A stretch of 44,986 nt of DNA, taken from Macrostomum lignano (taxonomy: Eukaryota). The notes under the pieces are model-generated. The model had not been told where the DNA came from. It saw only the letters and a program-made list of their open reading frames with translations, and did no database searches. A program made the translations under genes and the position numbers. Within the stretch, counting starts at the first letter, position 1; the number at the start of each line of letters is the position of its first letter. The stretch lies in NCBI GenBank assembly GCA_002269645.1, contig NIVC01004459.1, positions 1 through 44,986 of the forward strand. Direction: 5' to 3'. Shown here in pieces: positions 31,881-44,986 of the stretch.

Positions 31881-32427
31881 AATTGTTTCGCCCTGTCTTT
31901 CAGGCCGTTGGATGCCAGATCTCAAAAGAGGAGGAAAACTGAGCTCCTGTCATTTATCGAGCTACTGGTTACCTCTTTCATTAAGTTAGTTTTTAGAGGT
32001 GCAAATATTTTTTCATGGGGCCCCTCGCACCTGTGTCTATACGCCACTACAGCCAGTAAGTTGTATGTTTATTGTAGCAAAACAAAACCGCATCGAGGAT
32101 AACCGAGTGGTGCGTCACTCCCCACTAATTCCCAGTCATTGAACTCGTCAGTCAAACGGATCGCCATTGAGAAAGAGATCCTTGAGAACCCTGAAGTTGT
32201 TCTGCATACTCACGCAGAATCTTCAGTATGAGCTATTTGACGGACAATGGTGTGATTAGAAAGCAGAAAAACGGTTGAAATATTGTCAACAAACTCAAAA
32301 GCCTGATGGTTGATGGGGCAGCACTTGAGTCTGTGGAAATATTTAATACACTGCGTCCTGAGGGAGTTTTCGTTAGGAAGCTCTGAAAAGGAGGCGTTGT
32401 ACCATCCTATTTCTGTACGCTTAGACC

Positions 32428-33188
32428 ATGTCGCCAACAGTGCTGATTTTGACTGCTTTTAGCGGCTGCGTTTCGGCGATGCTGACGCCCCAACTGCTGG
32501 GAGTTCGCTACCTTGGTTGCTATGCGGACGGAGATAACAGCAACCGAGACATGAGCGAACTGCAAGGCATCGCCAGCTTAGGAACTTACAAAATCGAGGT
32601 CCTGAACTTGGCCTTCGTAGTTAACGCAGAGATGACGCTAGAAATGTGCGCTCAAATCTGCGCCATCGGTCGATTTCAATTCTTCGGTGCCCAGCGGAGC
32701 AACTACTGCTGCTGCGGCTCCGACTACGGCAGACTTGGTAGAGCGGCGGAGAGCGACTGCTCAACGGCTTGCGCAGGAAACTCTTCTCAGAAGTGCGGAG
32801 GAATGGGCAAAAACTCTGTCTATGAAATATTCTACTCTCACGGTATGCAAACCGAAGTCTTGATGTCCTATCATTTAAAGGCTAATTTGTGACGCAAAGT
32901 TATTGAAATGAATATTTATTCCTCTAACATTACCCACTAACAGTCAAGGACACCATGATGCAGCTGCAGGTCGCAGCGATTCCCAGCATCTCAAGCTTTC
33001 CGAATTCAACAACTCACCGCAGTGCTACTGCCAGAAGCCCTGCCGAGTGCGCCATCAACTGCCAAACCAGCCCGGACTGTCAGGGCTGCGCCTTTGAGAC
33101 TTCGAGCCGCATGTGCCGCCTACTGAGATTCATCGCTGTGCCCGCCGAGGTGGCCAGCCAGGCTGAGAGGGTCTGGATGAAGCTGTGA
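32428..33188 (+). CDS. Secreted WSC + PAN/apple domain protein (paralog of 18850-20374); exons 32428-32842 and 32944-33188
   Basis: Signal peptide; YLGCYADGD..MTLEMCAQIC..CCCG; phase-1 intron GTATGC..CTAACAG (101 bp) joins in frame to ECAINCQTSPDCQGCAF..MCRLL..WMKL stop. Confidence 0.9.
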
Positions 33189-33381
33189 GGCTGAGTGGGT
33201 CTGGCTGGATGAAGTTGTAAGGCTGAGTGGATCTGGATGAAGCTGTGAGGCTGAGTGGGTCTGGATGAAGCTGTGAGGCTGAGTGGTTCTGGATGAAGCT
33301 GTGAGGCTGAGTGGGTCTGGATGAAGCTGTGAGGCTGAGTGGGTCTTGATGAAGCTGTGAGGCTGGGTAGGTGTGGATGAA
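33161..33381 (+). repeat. 28-bp tandem repeat, about 8 copies, whose first unit is the end of the WSC-PAN CDS
   Basis: Unit GGCTGAGTGGGTCTGGATGAAGCTGTGA contains the codons for VWMKL and the stop. Confidence 0.93.
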
Positions 33382-34546
33382 ATTCTACCGAACGTTTAAA
33401 TAATTAACTCAAAAAGTAGTAGTTCTTTTAATCTTCAAAAATAGTTTCATGTTGTATCAATATTACATGCTATCGTATCACTAGCAGCGAGCTACAAACT
33501 GAATATGCAACTAATTCACTCATTCATGCATTATGTACTTTAGTATGGTTTTGAGCCATTTCAGTACTTTTTTTTCTTCAAGATAAACATTTTAATGTTT
33601 AGCCCAACACACTTGACCAGCAGAACCAAAACAATAACCAAACAAGTAAAGTAGATGAAGATGATAATATTTTCTAAGAGATGTCAACTTGCGGTTTTCA
33701 GATTTTGCGTCGTAAATTCTTTTCTGTTAGAAAATTTCGATAGCTTCTCGGATTGAAAACTGTTCAAGTACAGTTGGAACTTTTATTGCGCTCCCTTGAT
33801 AAATTTGAACAAGGAAATCTTTGATAAAGCTTTAATACTCTGGTCGCGCAAGAAATTTTTACAGGGCAGCCCACACACAAAACACACCACAAAAAGGAAA
33901 GTACCAGTAACACATTGATGATATTTTATGAGGGCGAAATTCTTGAGAAGTGTCAGCAGTTGAAATCAGAAAGCCACCATTCCCTCCCTGATACCCCAGC
34001 TCTCTACGGATCGCATATTGCTCAAGCCAATTAAAAAAACAGTTCTGAACCAAATGCAAACTAATTTAAAGTTCGTAACAGAAAGGGGTGCCGCAAATTA
34101 AATTTAAAATGAAACGCTGAAAGAATGATTTTCCAACGTTTTTTCTTTTCTAACGAAAAAAAAAACATATCTGAGAGAACTGACCAGAAAAAGAATTATA
34201 AACATCAGACCACTGCTTCTGACTTTGTCTCTTACATTTAGTTTGCTTTGGAAAGTGCAATCTCGACTATCCCCACTCAGCTTCACAGCTTCATTCAGAC
34301 AAACTCAGTCTCAAATTTTTTCATTTTCAAGGACATGGGGAGACCGCCTAATGAAGAGTAGCTATGAAAAAATCTATGAAGGGAACTCTTACAGTTTTTA
34401 TAAAAAAGTTTAGCATTTATAAAAAGATACCACTTTGAACATGGGTGCGCCAGCGGGGCCTCAGATCCTTCAGATCCTGAAGTAGTGGTCTAGATCAGCT
34501 GAAATTAATAAGAAAACAGTGACAGAAGCACTTGTATAGTAAGAAT

Positions 34547-34784
<238 letters not shown>

Positions 34785-35125
34785 CGTTGCTGCTGCTCCC
34801 GATCCTATAGCTGGCGCGCGCGACACTCAACGTAAATTTCAGAAAAAAAGAATAGCGTCGGGTGCCTGTTAATTAGCAAAAGCTCTCTCTCTCTCAATGC
34901 TAATCAACAGCAAGGCCCCCGTGTAGCTTTGGAGATCCGCGTTGTCAGGAAACACACGGAGGGATTCAAAGGGGTGGGCTAGCACAACCACTTCTAGAAG
35001 AAGACTCAGCCAGCTAGTTAGGTAATAATGACAGTAGGCAGAGATGCCCAAAGGATTCTGGGATGCTTTTGTTTAACAATGTTTAACGAGAGACACTGCA
35101 CTGCCATTGAAAAGGATCCCTGCAC

Positions 35126-36515
35126 CTTCCCTGCATCTTAGACACTTCTCCTTCCCTGCATCTTAGACACTGCTCCCTTCCCTGCATCTTAGACACTTCT
35201 CCTTCCCTGCATCTTAGACATTGCTCCCTTCCCTGCAACTTAGACACTGCTCCCTTCCCTGCATCTTAGACACTGCTCCCTTCCCTGCAACTTAGACACT
35301 GCTCCCTTCCCTGCATCTCAGACACTACTCCCTTCCCTGCATCTTAGACACTTCTCCTTCCCTGTATCTCCGACACTTCTCCTTCCCTGCATCTCAGACA
35401 CTGCTCCTTCCCTGCATCTTAGACACTTCTCCTTCCCTGCATCTCAGACACTGCTCCCTTCCCTGCATCTCAGACACTGCTCCCTACCTGCATCTCAGAC
35501 GCTGCTCCCTTCCCTGCATCTCAGACACTGCTCCCTACCTGCATCTCAGACACTGCTCCCTACCTGCATGTCAGTCACTGCTCCATCCCTGCATCTCAGT
35601 CACTGCTCCCTCCCTGCATCTCAGTCACTGCTCCCTACCTGCATCTCAGTCACTTCTCCCTCCCTGCATCTCAGTCACTGCTCCCTACCTGCATCTCAGA
35701 CACTGCTCCCAACCTGCATCTTAGACACTGCTCCCTACCTGCATCTAAGACACTGCTCCCTACCTGCATCTTAGACACTGCTCCCTACCTGCATCTCAGA
35801 CACTGCTATCTCAGCCACTGCTCCCTTCCCTGCATCTCAGACACTGCTCCCTACCTGCATCTCAGACACTGCTCCCTACCTGCATCTTAGACACTGCTCC
35901 CTTCCCTGCATCCTAGACACTGCTCCCTTCCCTGCATCTTAGACACTGCTCCCTACCTGCATCTTAGACACTGCTCCCTACCTGCATCTCAGACACTGCT
36001 CCCTACCTGCATCTCAGACACTGCTCCCTTCCCTGCATCTCAGACACTGCTCCCTACCTGCATCTCAGACGCTGCTCCCTTCCCTGCATCTCAGACACTG
36101 CTCCCTACCTGCATCTCAGACACTGCTCCCTACCTGCATCTCAGACACTGCTCCCTTCCCTGCATCTCAGACACTGCTCCCTACCTGCATCTCAGACACT
36201 GCTCCCTAGCATCTCAGACACTGCTCCCTTCCTGCATCTCAGACACTGCTCCCTACCTGCATCTCAGACACTGCTCCCTTCCTGCATCTCAGACACTGCT
36301 CCCTACCTGCATCTCAGACACTGCTCCCTTCCTGCATCTCAGACACTGCTCCCTACCTGCATCTCAGACACTGCTCCCTAGCATCTCAGACACTGCTCCC
36401 TTCCTGCATCTCAGACACTGCTCCCTACCTGCATCTCAGACACTGCTCCCTAGCATCTCAGACACTGCTCCCTAGCATCTCAGACACTGCTCTTTCCCTG
36501 CATCTCCGACACTGC
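35126..36515. repeat. About 25-bp minisatellite (CCCTACCTGCATCTCAGACACTGCT; units 22-26 bp), about 55 copies
   Basis: Period 25 measured (35831 to 35856). Confidence 0.97.
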
Positions 36516-36782
36516 TACTCCATACCAAAAAGCCATAAGGCTGCTAAGAATTCAGCCAATTCTGAAATCTGAGGCGTATTCAAACAGATATTTGTACCAC
36601 GCCTGATGCAAAATTGAATATTTAGAGCTTGTTTGTTTCTTTGAGACGATATATTCCATTAACATACTAGGGTTGAAGTTACATATCATAGTTAAAAAAA
36701 TCAGTGACACAACAAGGCAAAATAGTTAGGTTGTCAATCTTTAGGTGGAGATTTGCTGATAACAGCCGTTTGTTCCGGGCAC

Positions 36783-37308
36783 TCAGCCGAGCACGAAGAG
36801 AGTCCAGTCGGGTCCGGTCAGGCTGCCTGGCGGGTAGGCGAACGCCAGCAGGTGGCCGGCGAGCAGCCGCTGGAGAAAACAGCGGCCTGGCAGTCGGCTT
36901 TGGCGCTGCACTGGGCCAGGCAGTCCATGACGGATGTGGTAGGAGCCGGCCAGGACGAGGTCTTGCTGGTCACCACAGTGAGGATCAGATTCAGATTATG
37001 TTTTAGATAATTTTTTATATTCGTGACACCTAATTACACGTAGGTGCAAAATTATTCGTTTTCAACTTACTCGGATAGGTCAAAGCGAACACGGAGTTGA
37101 TGGCGAAACCTCCGCAAGTCTGCAGCGAGTTTCCAGCGCACTGCTTGTTGCAGTGGCTCTCGCCAAGCTTTCCATGCAATCCGTAGCTTGTGCCGCAGAA
37201 GCAGAACTTCGTGCTTTGCACTCCAAAGTAGGGGAAGCCGCCCAGAGAGCAGAGGTCGCTGCAGAAGTTGAGCGACATGTTTTCAGGGTTCTTTATTAAT
37301 CCGATATT
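36783..37308 (-). pseudogene. Partial WSC + PAN gene (3' half of WSC, candidate 41-bp intron, PAN with one frameshift); 5' exon not found
   Basis: MSLNFCSDLCSLGGFPYFGVQSTKFCFCG..HCNKQCAGNSLQTCGG..ALTYP; phase-1 donor GTAAGT at the same position as in the paralogs; then VMDCLAQCSAKADCQAAVFS..HLLAFAYPPGSLTGPDWTLFVLG stop. Confidence 0.72.
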
Positions 37309-39554
37309 CTAATAGAAGCATTCTAATGAGCTAAGGGGGCTTTGGTAACTTACGTGAATTACAATTTATATACTCGTAAGATCATGTACAAAAATACGAT
37401 GCGTAAAGTCAGGACTAAGACTCCCGATCATCATGTTTCAATGGTTTAGTTGTAGCTGTACTTTTCTTTTGCATTGCTTGTTTGTGTGTGTTGTTTGTTA
37501 GCCGCATGGATCTTAAGCGGCCTCAGAATGCCATCGAAGTATATTTCTTTGAAAAAAAATTACGTTAAACCTCTCCACAGCTTTCTTTCGCGGTTAGGAT
37601 GGACAAAATATCTTCTTCGAATGCAAATCTACTCAGTGCAGTTCAGATGTTTCCATTTTGTTCAGAGGGCTTGAAAAATCCCAGCTTTCTAAAAGGCCGA
37701 AAAATGCAAGCCAGCTTCTAATCTTTCTGGTGTTCCTGCATTGCATTGAATTGTATGGGTGATTGAAGTCGTTTTTGTGGCAATATAAATACTCATATTT
37801 AATACAGTAAAAAATGTGAATTGTGTGTTTGTACAATTCCCAGCTGAAAAGTCCTCTAGTTAGTGCAGCGCTAGACTAGACAGAGTTCCATCTTCGGCTG
37901 TAGGCAACTCCAGAGCTTGGGGAAGCTCTCCCAGTCATCTGGGCGGGGCCTCTGACTCTTTAGAGTGGGAAATGACAATGCGCTTTGCTCATAAGGGGTG
38001 GGTTGCAGCCTCCGTTGTCCTTTTTAGCGGCCCAAAGACCAACAAAAGCAACTTTAGCAGCTGGAGAAGAGAAGGCTTCAACGATTGTCTTGAGTGCAGA
38101 GAGGCAGCTTCTGCTTTCAGATCGATAGCTGCCAATCAGTTTCTTGACAGTAGCTTTAACTATAAGAACTGCGCGAATGACAATGGGAAAAAAGTCTGCT
38201 TCAGTCAAAAAAAGCTCCAGAGTTGTTTCTGCTGAAAAGGCTGGGCATGTGCTGCTAAGTGAAGTTGGTGCTGAAGTCACTCACACTGATGTGGCACAAT
38301 TGAGAAGATGCGCAGTGAGGACAATGTAGAGGATAACTGCTGGCATACACCCTGTGATGAAGTTGTTTCTGCTGTGAAGCAAATGGAGACTTTATTTATG
38401 TTTCTGAGTGAGAGTCTGGATCTCTCCATCAGAAATAAAAGCAAGCCTGACTCTTGCGATGCAAGAGTCGAAGGAGAATTTCTTGAAGAAATAAGATGGT
38501 TGGTTTTGGTTTGTTCTGTTTTTATGGCTTATTTCCTTAGTTTATTTCCTCTACATTGACTGCTACAAGAGCTCTTACATTAATTCAGTTTTTTCATTGA
38601 TTTTCTATAGCCAGGCTGTTCACCTAAAATGATGAGAATTGAGAATTTTCATAAAGTTTCATAAATTTAATTTGTACTACTCAGAATTTGAACAACACAA
38701 GTAGGCTGCGCGAATTTGAATTCCTGTTGTATTAGAAACACTATTGAGTATTCTGTAGATATTCTGTGCCGCCTAATTAGCTTTAATTAAAAAAGACTGC
38801 TCAATAGATTTAAGATTGATCAAATCAGTTTTAAAATTGTGTGTGAACCGATTTCTTGCTGAGATTTCGACTCTAAAAAGCCGAAAGACGATATGCTTTG
38901 ATTTTAAAGTATTTTACTGACGTATTGCGTACCAGTATTTCCGAGAAAAAATAATAAAATATGTCAATTTTTATTCGTGTCTTAGAGGATTGGTTTATTT
39001 TATCAAGAAAGCAGCTTCTCATAGATACATGAGTCACCGATGCCTTATAAAAATATTGTACAGATTTTACGGTGAGACAACGACTGAAGAAGAAACCCAC
39101 ACTGGATCTTTGACACTCATTTCGGCGACACAACGCATAGACACAGACACAGTCGCATGAAGCAATAGCTGTTTTTAATTCTTATCTTTCTCTTTTTTAG
39201 GCTAGGTTTTTAGGCTTTATTGAATTAATCCAATAAAATATTGATCTTGCAATAACACATTCTCATACTTTTCTGCTCTGCATAAGTCGCAAATGCAACT
39301 TTTTACATAGATTTGTGCTTTTTAACTGACTTAATTGCATGATATTGGATTCTTTGTCACACTATTCACAGTTTTCTAAGCTTTAATCTCCAGTTTTTGT
39401 AACTTCCGGAAGATAGCTTGCTCAGTGTCAGGTAACACAATTTAGGATTCTATATGAATGCATTAGAACAGTTTCGCACAACTCTACATGCAAATCTACT
39501 GTGTTCTACGTGCCGGTGTGTTTGATTCATGCGTTTCCTAAAGCTTCATATGTC

Positions 39555-41687
39555 ATGGGAAGATGATGCTTCAGGGGATTTGGCGGCACGGAATGTGACT
39601 GGGACGAGCCGATCGATTCGAAGATGGCGCGCGGAGAAGGCATCCTAATGGATGAGCGAACTTTCAGTTCTTCAGGAAGTCTGAATCCATAAGGCGGTCA
39701 AGCGAATATGCACACGTTCATGGACGCTTCTCAAGATGCGTACGGAGCTGTAGTCTAATGCCGAGGCCACAATATGGATGAGGAAGTAACGCTGAGCTTC
39801 GTAGCCTAAAAGTCGAAGATAGCCCCGCTATTGACTGTCAGCGTCTTGTGGCTTGAGTTGATGGTCGTGGTGCTGGGAGTTCTGCTGACCAAGACGATCG
39901 CCGAGGCTCTGGATGTCCATGTCCAGATAGTCACGGAAGGACCGATAGTCAGAACGTCCTGTAATGGATATGAAACCGGAGCCGTGCGTTCAAGCTGTTT
40001 GTTGCCCACCGAATCGCACTGATTCAGCAAGAGGTGAAGGTAAATCAGTAGAGATACCTGCCGACAAATTTAAATCCAGCGGACATTGTCTCCGGAGACT
40101 GCAGTGCTTCCGAGTTGCCGAAGTTGCGATTGTTGTTTCAAGGATCAGAGTTGCTGTAGCAGAATGAAGAATGTTGGCCGGAGATAAGGATTCCTTTAAT
40201 GCCGGAGGACGCAGAGGCTTCCAAGAGGCGTGAAGGTGTTGTCGCCATGGTTCCAAATGAGCAGCGTCAGGAGTTTACATTCGTCGCGGAAGCGGAGACA
40301 ACGGACAAAGGATGGTGATTGGAACCAACTTTATTCTCTGACTTCAAAAGACTGCAGCGAGTCATGGCTTATGTGCTGCGCTTCTTGTGAGGAACTGGCG
40401 GAAAAGTCCAGGGTTTCGAGAGAGCGGCAAGCTGTAGACGGACGAGTTTGGAAGATGTGGAAGAACAGCTCGTGAAATCCGCACAGGATAAAAGCATTCA
40501 CCCGACAAAGGCTGCGGTGACAAGAAGCTGCACTGCTTGCAGCCCGTGATGGATCCGTCTGGAATGTGAAAGTCGACGGTCGCCTGAAGTTCGGACAGCA
40601 GTTACCGTTTGAGGCGAGACACCCAGCGATTCTGACGAGAAAGCACTGGATCGGATGACTAAGCTGCTGATCAAGAAATTTCATGAGGAGCGAGCACAAA
40701 GAGGCACAAACGATGTCTTGGCCGCGATTGCATCAAAGTATTGGATCATCGGAGCCAGAGAAGCGATTCGTCAGTGGGAGCTCGAGCACGTCCCGCAACG
40801 CAGAAGATGGCACCGCTGCCAGAGGCGCGTCTTGCGTTCTCACTCAAAGCATTCACGCGGTTGACGTGGCTGTTGACATGGGAGGTCGTTCACGATTGTT
40901 CAAAGGCGAGTCAATTGATCTTTTCACGTGGCTTGAGACACGCGCTGTGCATTTAGAGTTGACCTTCGGGTTCGACACTGACTCGTCTTTAATGTTTTAT
41001 TCCGAATGGGCAACCGTCGAGACTGTCAAAGGTCATGTACTCGGACAACGGTGGAAACTTCGTAAGAGGAGACGAGGAGCTCAAAAAGCTGGAGAGTGTG
41101 AACAAGGCCAAATGGCAGAAACAGACAGCAATGCATGGAGTGAGATGGAGCTTTCAGCTGCCGGCAGCACCGCATTTTGTTGGAGCTCATGAAATAATGA
41201 TCCTCACAAAAAATCGGGAACTGAGCGCGATCCTCGGCAACGTGGATGTTAACGATGAGGAGTTGCATTCAGCGATCACCGGAGCAGAGACGCTTATTAG
41301 CTCGCGCCCAATCACGTACCAGACGGCTAACCCGATGGACGAGGCACAGTCAACACCCAATCATTTGCTGATTGGAGGATGTAGCGATCAATCCAACAAA
41401 GCTTAGGCGACGGGCGTAGGATCTCTTGACAATGGATGCGAGAGTGGCTACCCGGCCTGCAGCCGAGGTCCAAGTGGATCGAACAGCAGAGAAGCTTGAA
41501 AGTAGATGACGTAGTGCTGGTGGTCAAGCCCGACGCACCTCAAGGTCACTGGCCGCTAGGACGAGTGGTTTCGGTCTTCCCGGGTCAAGACGGTCGCGTG
41601 CGAGTGGCCAAGGTTCAACTCGGTCAGGCTGTGCTGGTGTGGCCTGTGTCTGAGCTGTGTGTCATTGAGACAGTAAGAACTGAGTAA
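39555..41687 (+). mobile_element. Decayed BEL/Pao LTR-retrotransposon pol (RNase H, integrase, DUF5641-like C-terminus)
   Basis: HTFMDASQDAYGAVV, KSKIAPL..LWLEL, SKYWIIGAR, RAVHLEL, MYSDNGGNFV, AAPHFVG, LISSRPITY, VDDVVLV..HWPLGRVVSVFPGQDGRVRVAKV; many stops and deletions. Confidence 0.93.
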
Positions 41688-43648
41688 CTGATTGTGGCAG
41701 AGACTATGACAGAAAAACTGATTGTAAACCTTAGTTTTGAGCGTTTTGCTAGGTCTGACGTTCCAAGAAGTATTTTTGTTAATTTTCCATAATTTTTGCT
41801 GCTTTTTTATTACTTCTGTTGTTTTGCTGCTGCAAGCTGATGCGATCTTTCTGAATTTTTTTCTGGTGGAGCTTTTCCCTTTGCACTGTGTCGTTCTCTT
41901 TTTTGACTGATTTTTCATATATGTTTTCTAAACCGGTTACGTGTAACTTTGAGCCGCAATTCTTTTCAGGTTGGTCCGATTGTTTTTTGTGGAGATTGTT
42001 ACACGAAGAGAGAGTTTTTTTACATATGAATTATTGAGGTTGTTTACCAGCAGTCCGTTGTTTCACACAAAGATTCCTGCTTCGTGATGAATTTTTTTAG
42101 CGCGTTTTTTGTCATTTTTCTCTTGCTAGTGGAGGACTGAACTCAATTAAGCTTGCTAAATTATTCAATTTTCGGTTACTCGACGCAGCGATATTGCTGC
42201 TTTTCAGTTTTCCTCTGGCTGCTGACATTTCATGTCACGAAGAGGTGCGTTGGCAAAAGAATTTAATATTTATTTCTACTTAAGATGTTAATTATTAATT
42301 AATTAATTACTGAGGCCTGTTAGTATCGACAGAAATTTAAATCTTTCCAATTTAAAAAAACAAATACGATCGCACAAGGTCAATAATAAGCGGATTCGAG
42401 GCCGACAAAAGCGTCAGATCTCGGGTACAGGTTTTTTATTGGTGCAGCTGCGGTCAGATCCAAACCAATGTACTGAAGTCTATAACTATTTGAACCCCCG
42501 CTAACAATGCAATACGAGAACGATTAAGAAGGATTCAGTGAAAACAGGTGACGGCAGCCGGTTGTTTATGAAGTTTTGACCTTGTGAAGTTTCAAGTTCA
42601 AGTAGCTCGTACAGTGTAGAGAATTCGCATCGGTCGAAGGTCGAAGATAGGAGATACTTGAGAAAAACCTGAAAATAGATCAGCTTTGATGCTTCTTTAA
42701 CCTCATCTTTTCCGTCTTTGATGCTCGTTGGCCAACCCCAAGGCATAGAGAGTGTGACAAGGAATAACCAGAATTGACTCAGCGCTGGTTGTGAGAATCA
42801 ATGCACGAACGGATTAATAGTTTGACTCCAAGCCTTGTAAACATCCCTGAAATTGGTTTTAATGCCTCGTATTGGAACCGATATTAGTAACAGTGGATAT
42901 ATCATTTTGGCTCGCATCGTATTCACATTTTCCGTCCTGTTTTGTACAAAGAGAATTGAGGACTTCTTAGCTTGAAAGAATAGCTACTCAAATCATCTCT
43001 TGTCATAAAAGAATTTTTGATGTATAACATTTGGCCAGCGGGCAAAGATTCAAAGCTCTTTATTCACCTCTCTTTAGCTGCTTAGGTGCCTCCGATGTTC
43101 TCCGGTCCAGCCGTTGTCAAGGACCACGAAGGCTCAATTGCAATTGCAGAGGAGTATGCTGCAGCTAAAGATTGGGATGGAATACACAGAATATTCTCTC
43201 TATCATTTAAGCTCAGCTGGAAAGCTTATAGCCAACCAATTCTACAGTTGTAAAGGGTGGAAAGAGTGCTATTGATTTATGAGCTTCACAGTTGAACTTC
43301 ATTGTTAGTTCTTCTGATCCCGTAAAATCGACGAACAAACTTATCCCCATTGCCCCAGCAGCTCAATAACTAAAAGAACTGAAGATAAAAGCGAGAAAGG
43401 AAACCTTCACTATTTTCCGGGAAAGGAAAAATTTATTCGAATTTTCTTTTACAAGGTCGTAGGATGTAGATCTTAAAAGTAACTTTGTTTGACCAAGAAG
43501 CAACACAGGATGGTTGCTCAAATAGATCCGGCTTTGTGTCTGATTTGTTAAGTAAAGCAGATTGAAGCCTAAAAGGCAACTACAAAAAGCTTTTCAGTTT
43601 TACTCGTTAGTAAAGCAACAATTTTTGTGCCTCTGCTGCATTCGGATG

Positions 43649-44752
43649 TCAAGTTCCGCACAAGTTCTCCAACTGCAGGAGCTCAGTGACTGTAAGAGCC
43701 TCCTTGGCGACGGCATAGCAGATGAAGCGACCCCGAAGGGCGTGAGATGAACTGCTATGATAGCCCAGACGCAGGCAAAGCGGAGCTCCAGAGTAAGTGC
43801 TGGACTGAGGTTAGGAGTTTGCAGAAACGCGCCATCTTTGTAGAATTTGCTCAGGGTGTTGCAACAAACACGGCTGCCACAGAAGCCGGTTGTAAACTAT
43901 TATCGTTCAAAAACACATTGCTGATTGATTCGCGAAGCAACTGGTAATTGTTTTGGTTTGCGGCAGCTGGGAAGGCGTGCACAACCCGAAGTCTTCCTCC
44001 GTTGTCGCTGAACTCTCCCGATTAAGAGCCGACGTGGAACAGTCATGAAAGTAGTGATAGGTCTGGTGGTTTGGGTCGTTTCGCATGAGTCTTCACGTAG
44101 AACGTGAACGAGTTCGTGTGACTCAGATAAGTGGACGCCAGGGTGTTACCATCGGTGTCAACTTCGATATAATCGTTATTGTTTCCACCAGGGAAGGTGA
44201 CTCCCTCGCCGTTTTGACTGACGGCCACCGTGGGGACTGGCGGCGTACTTTGCAGGATTGACAAGGTTTGTGTAGCCCTGCCTGAAGTCGAACAGGATGA
44301 CCAGCTTTGAGCCAGAGTGCCCAGGCCTGGACTGCCGCATTGATTGTTGTGGCCGCAGATTGACTCAGAGTTGTCGTCACGGGGGCTACAGTTGTTTCAG
44401 TTGTTATCAGTGCATCGCGTTGTTGGAAACTTTGACAAGGACTTTACAAACGGTTGGAATGGACGAATTCGACGTTTGAGATAAGTTCACTAGCTTGTTG
44501 GCTGTTTCCTAAATAGCAAATGCCGTCTTCACTTCGGAAGATGACAGAACAGTTGCTATCGAGTCCACACACCAAAGCACATTCTTCTACCGATCGAAAT
44601 CCTTGGACTTTTTTTTAGCAGAGCAATGGTTGAATTTCCCGGGCAAGTTGGCACGATTTGAATCGAACCCGATTACTCTCCGAGCAGTTGTTGGCCGACG
44701 TTTCGGCAGTCAACCAGAACAGAATCAGCAGCAGTATGAGATTAGCAGCCAT
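43649..44752 (-). pseudogene. Signal peptide + PAN + Thr-rich linker + LamG/ConA-like domain gene, with in-frame stops and frameshifts
   Basis: MAANLILLLILFWLTAETSA; EECALVCGLDSNCSVIF..ICYL (PAN); LVILFDF..GVTFPGGNNNDYIEV..SFTFYVK..KFYKDG..LGY..LRGRFICYAVAKEALTVTELLQLENLCGT stop, pieced from several frames. Confidence 0.65.
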
Positions 44753-44986
44753 TGTTTCGTAGATTTATTTGATCAACCAGCGATTTCTGTCGCAACCTAC
44801 CACTTGCGTTGCATGATAAACAGTGAAATTAGCAGCTCATTGGCGTACCACTGCAGCCAATCAGAGATGCCAAGACACTGAGCCTTTGGAATGATGTCCT
44901 CGCTACTTTGCCACCTATCTGTTCATCCGAGGAATGCTTGTCTTGTACTCAAGTGGTATACTGCTTTCTATATAGTTCCTCATTCA

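Noticed and set aside
36783-37308. Missing 3' half of the Polinton-interrupted WSC gene
   Set aside because: It overlaps the same CxxxC segment already present at 13129-13380, lies on the wrong side, and has no CCCATA junction.
37960-38346. Signal-peptide-like start (MPAVILYIVLTAHLLNCA, minus strand) with a Cys-containing stretch, as another PAN gene or the missing 5' exon
   Set aside because: It needs several unsupported frame changes and no consistent splice path was found.
42480-43250. Coding-like composition
   Set aside because: The frames I translated were heavily interrupted by stops and showed no recognisable motif.

Overview
Eukaryotic (most likely invertebrate animal) genomic DNA; no rRNA, tRNA or CRISPR array was found. 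Bases 1-13128 are the right-hand ~13 kb of a Polinton/Maverick (adintovirus-like) endogenous DNA virus. Gene order: PLA2-like(-), integrase(+), protein-X-like(+), pPolB(+), adenain-type protease(+), hydrophobic-hairpin protein(-), coiled-coil ORF(-), packaging ATPase(-), 21-bp repeat array, amphipathic protein-VI-like ORF(-), PZ-like ORF(-), major capsid(+), minor capsid(+), orphan ORF(-), terminal region ending ...CTACT. The element is integrated inside the coding exon of a host WSC-domain gene. Most frameshifts I could resolve in it are 1-bp indels in short homopolymer runs, so it may be more intact than the assembly suggests. Bases 13129-44986 are host DNA: a cluster of small secreted lectin-like genes that combine a PAN/apple module with WSC, F-type lectin or LamG-like domains, plus a solo LTR, a hAT-like MITE, a gag fragment, a decayed BEL/Pao pol and about a dozen unrelated mini/microsatellite arrays. 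The most notable leads are U-tract/AG splice acceptors just before four core viral start codons, two 30-nt head-to-head spacers, a shared palindromic promoter-like motif, and the modular lectin cluster. All domain calls come from manual motif recognition; no searches were run. The host species is not identifiable from the sequence (a flatworm such as Macrostomum is only a guess).
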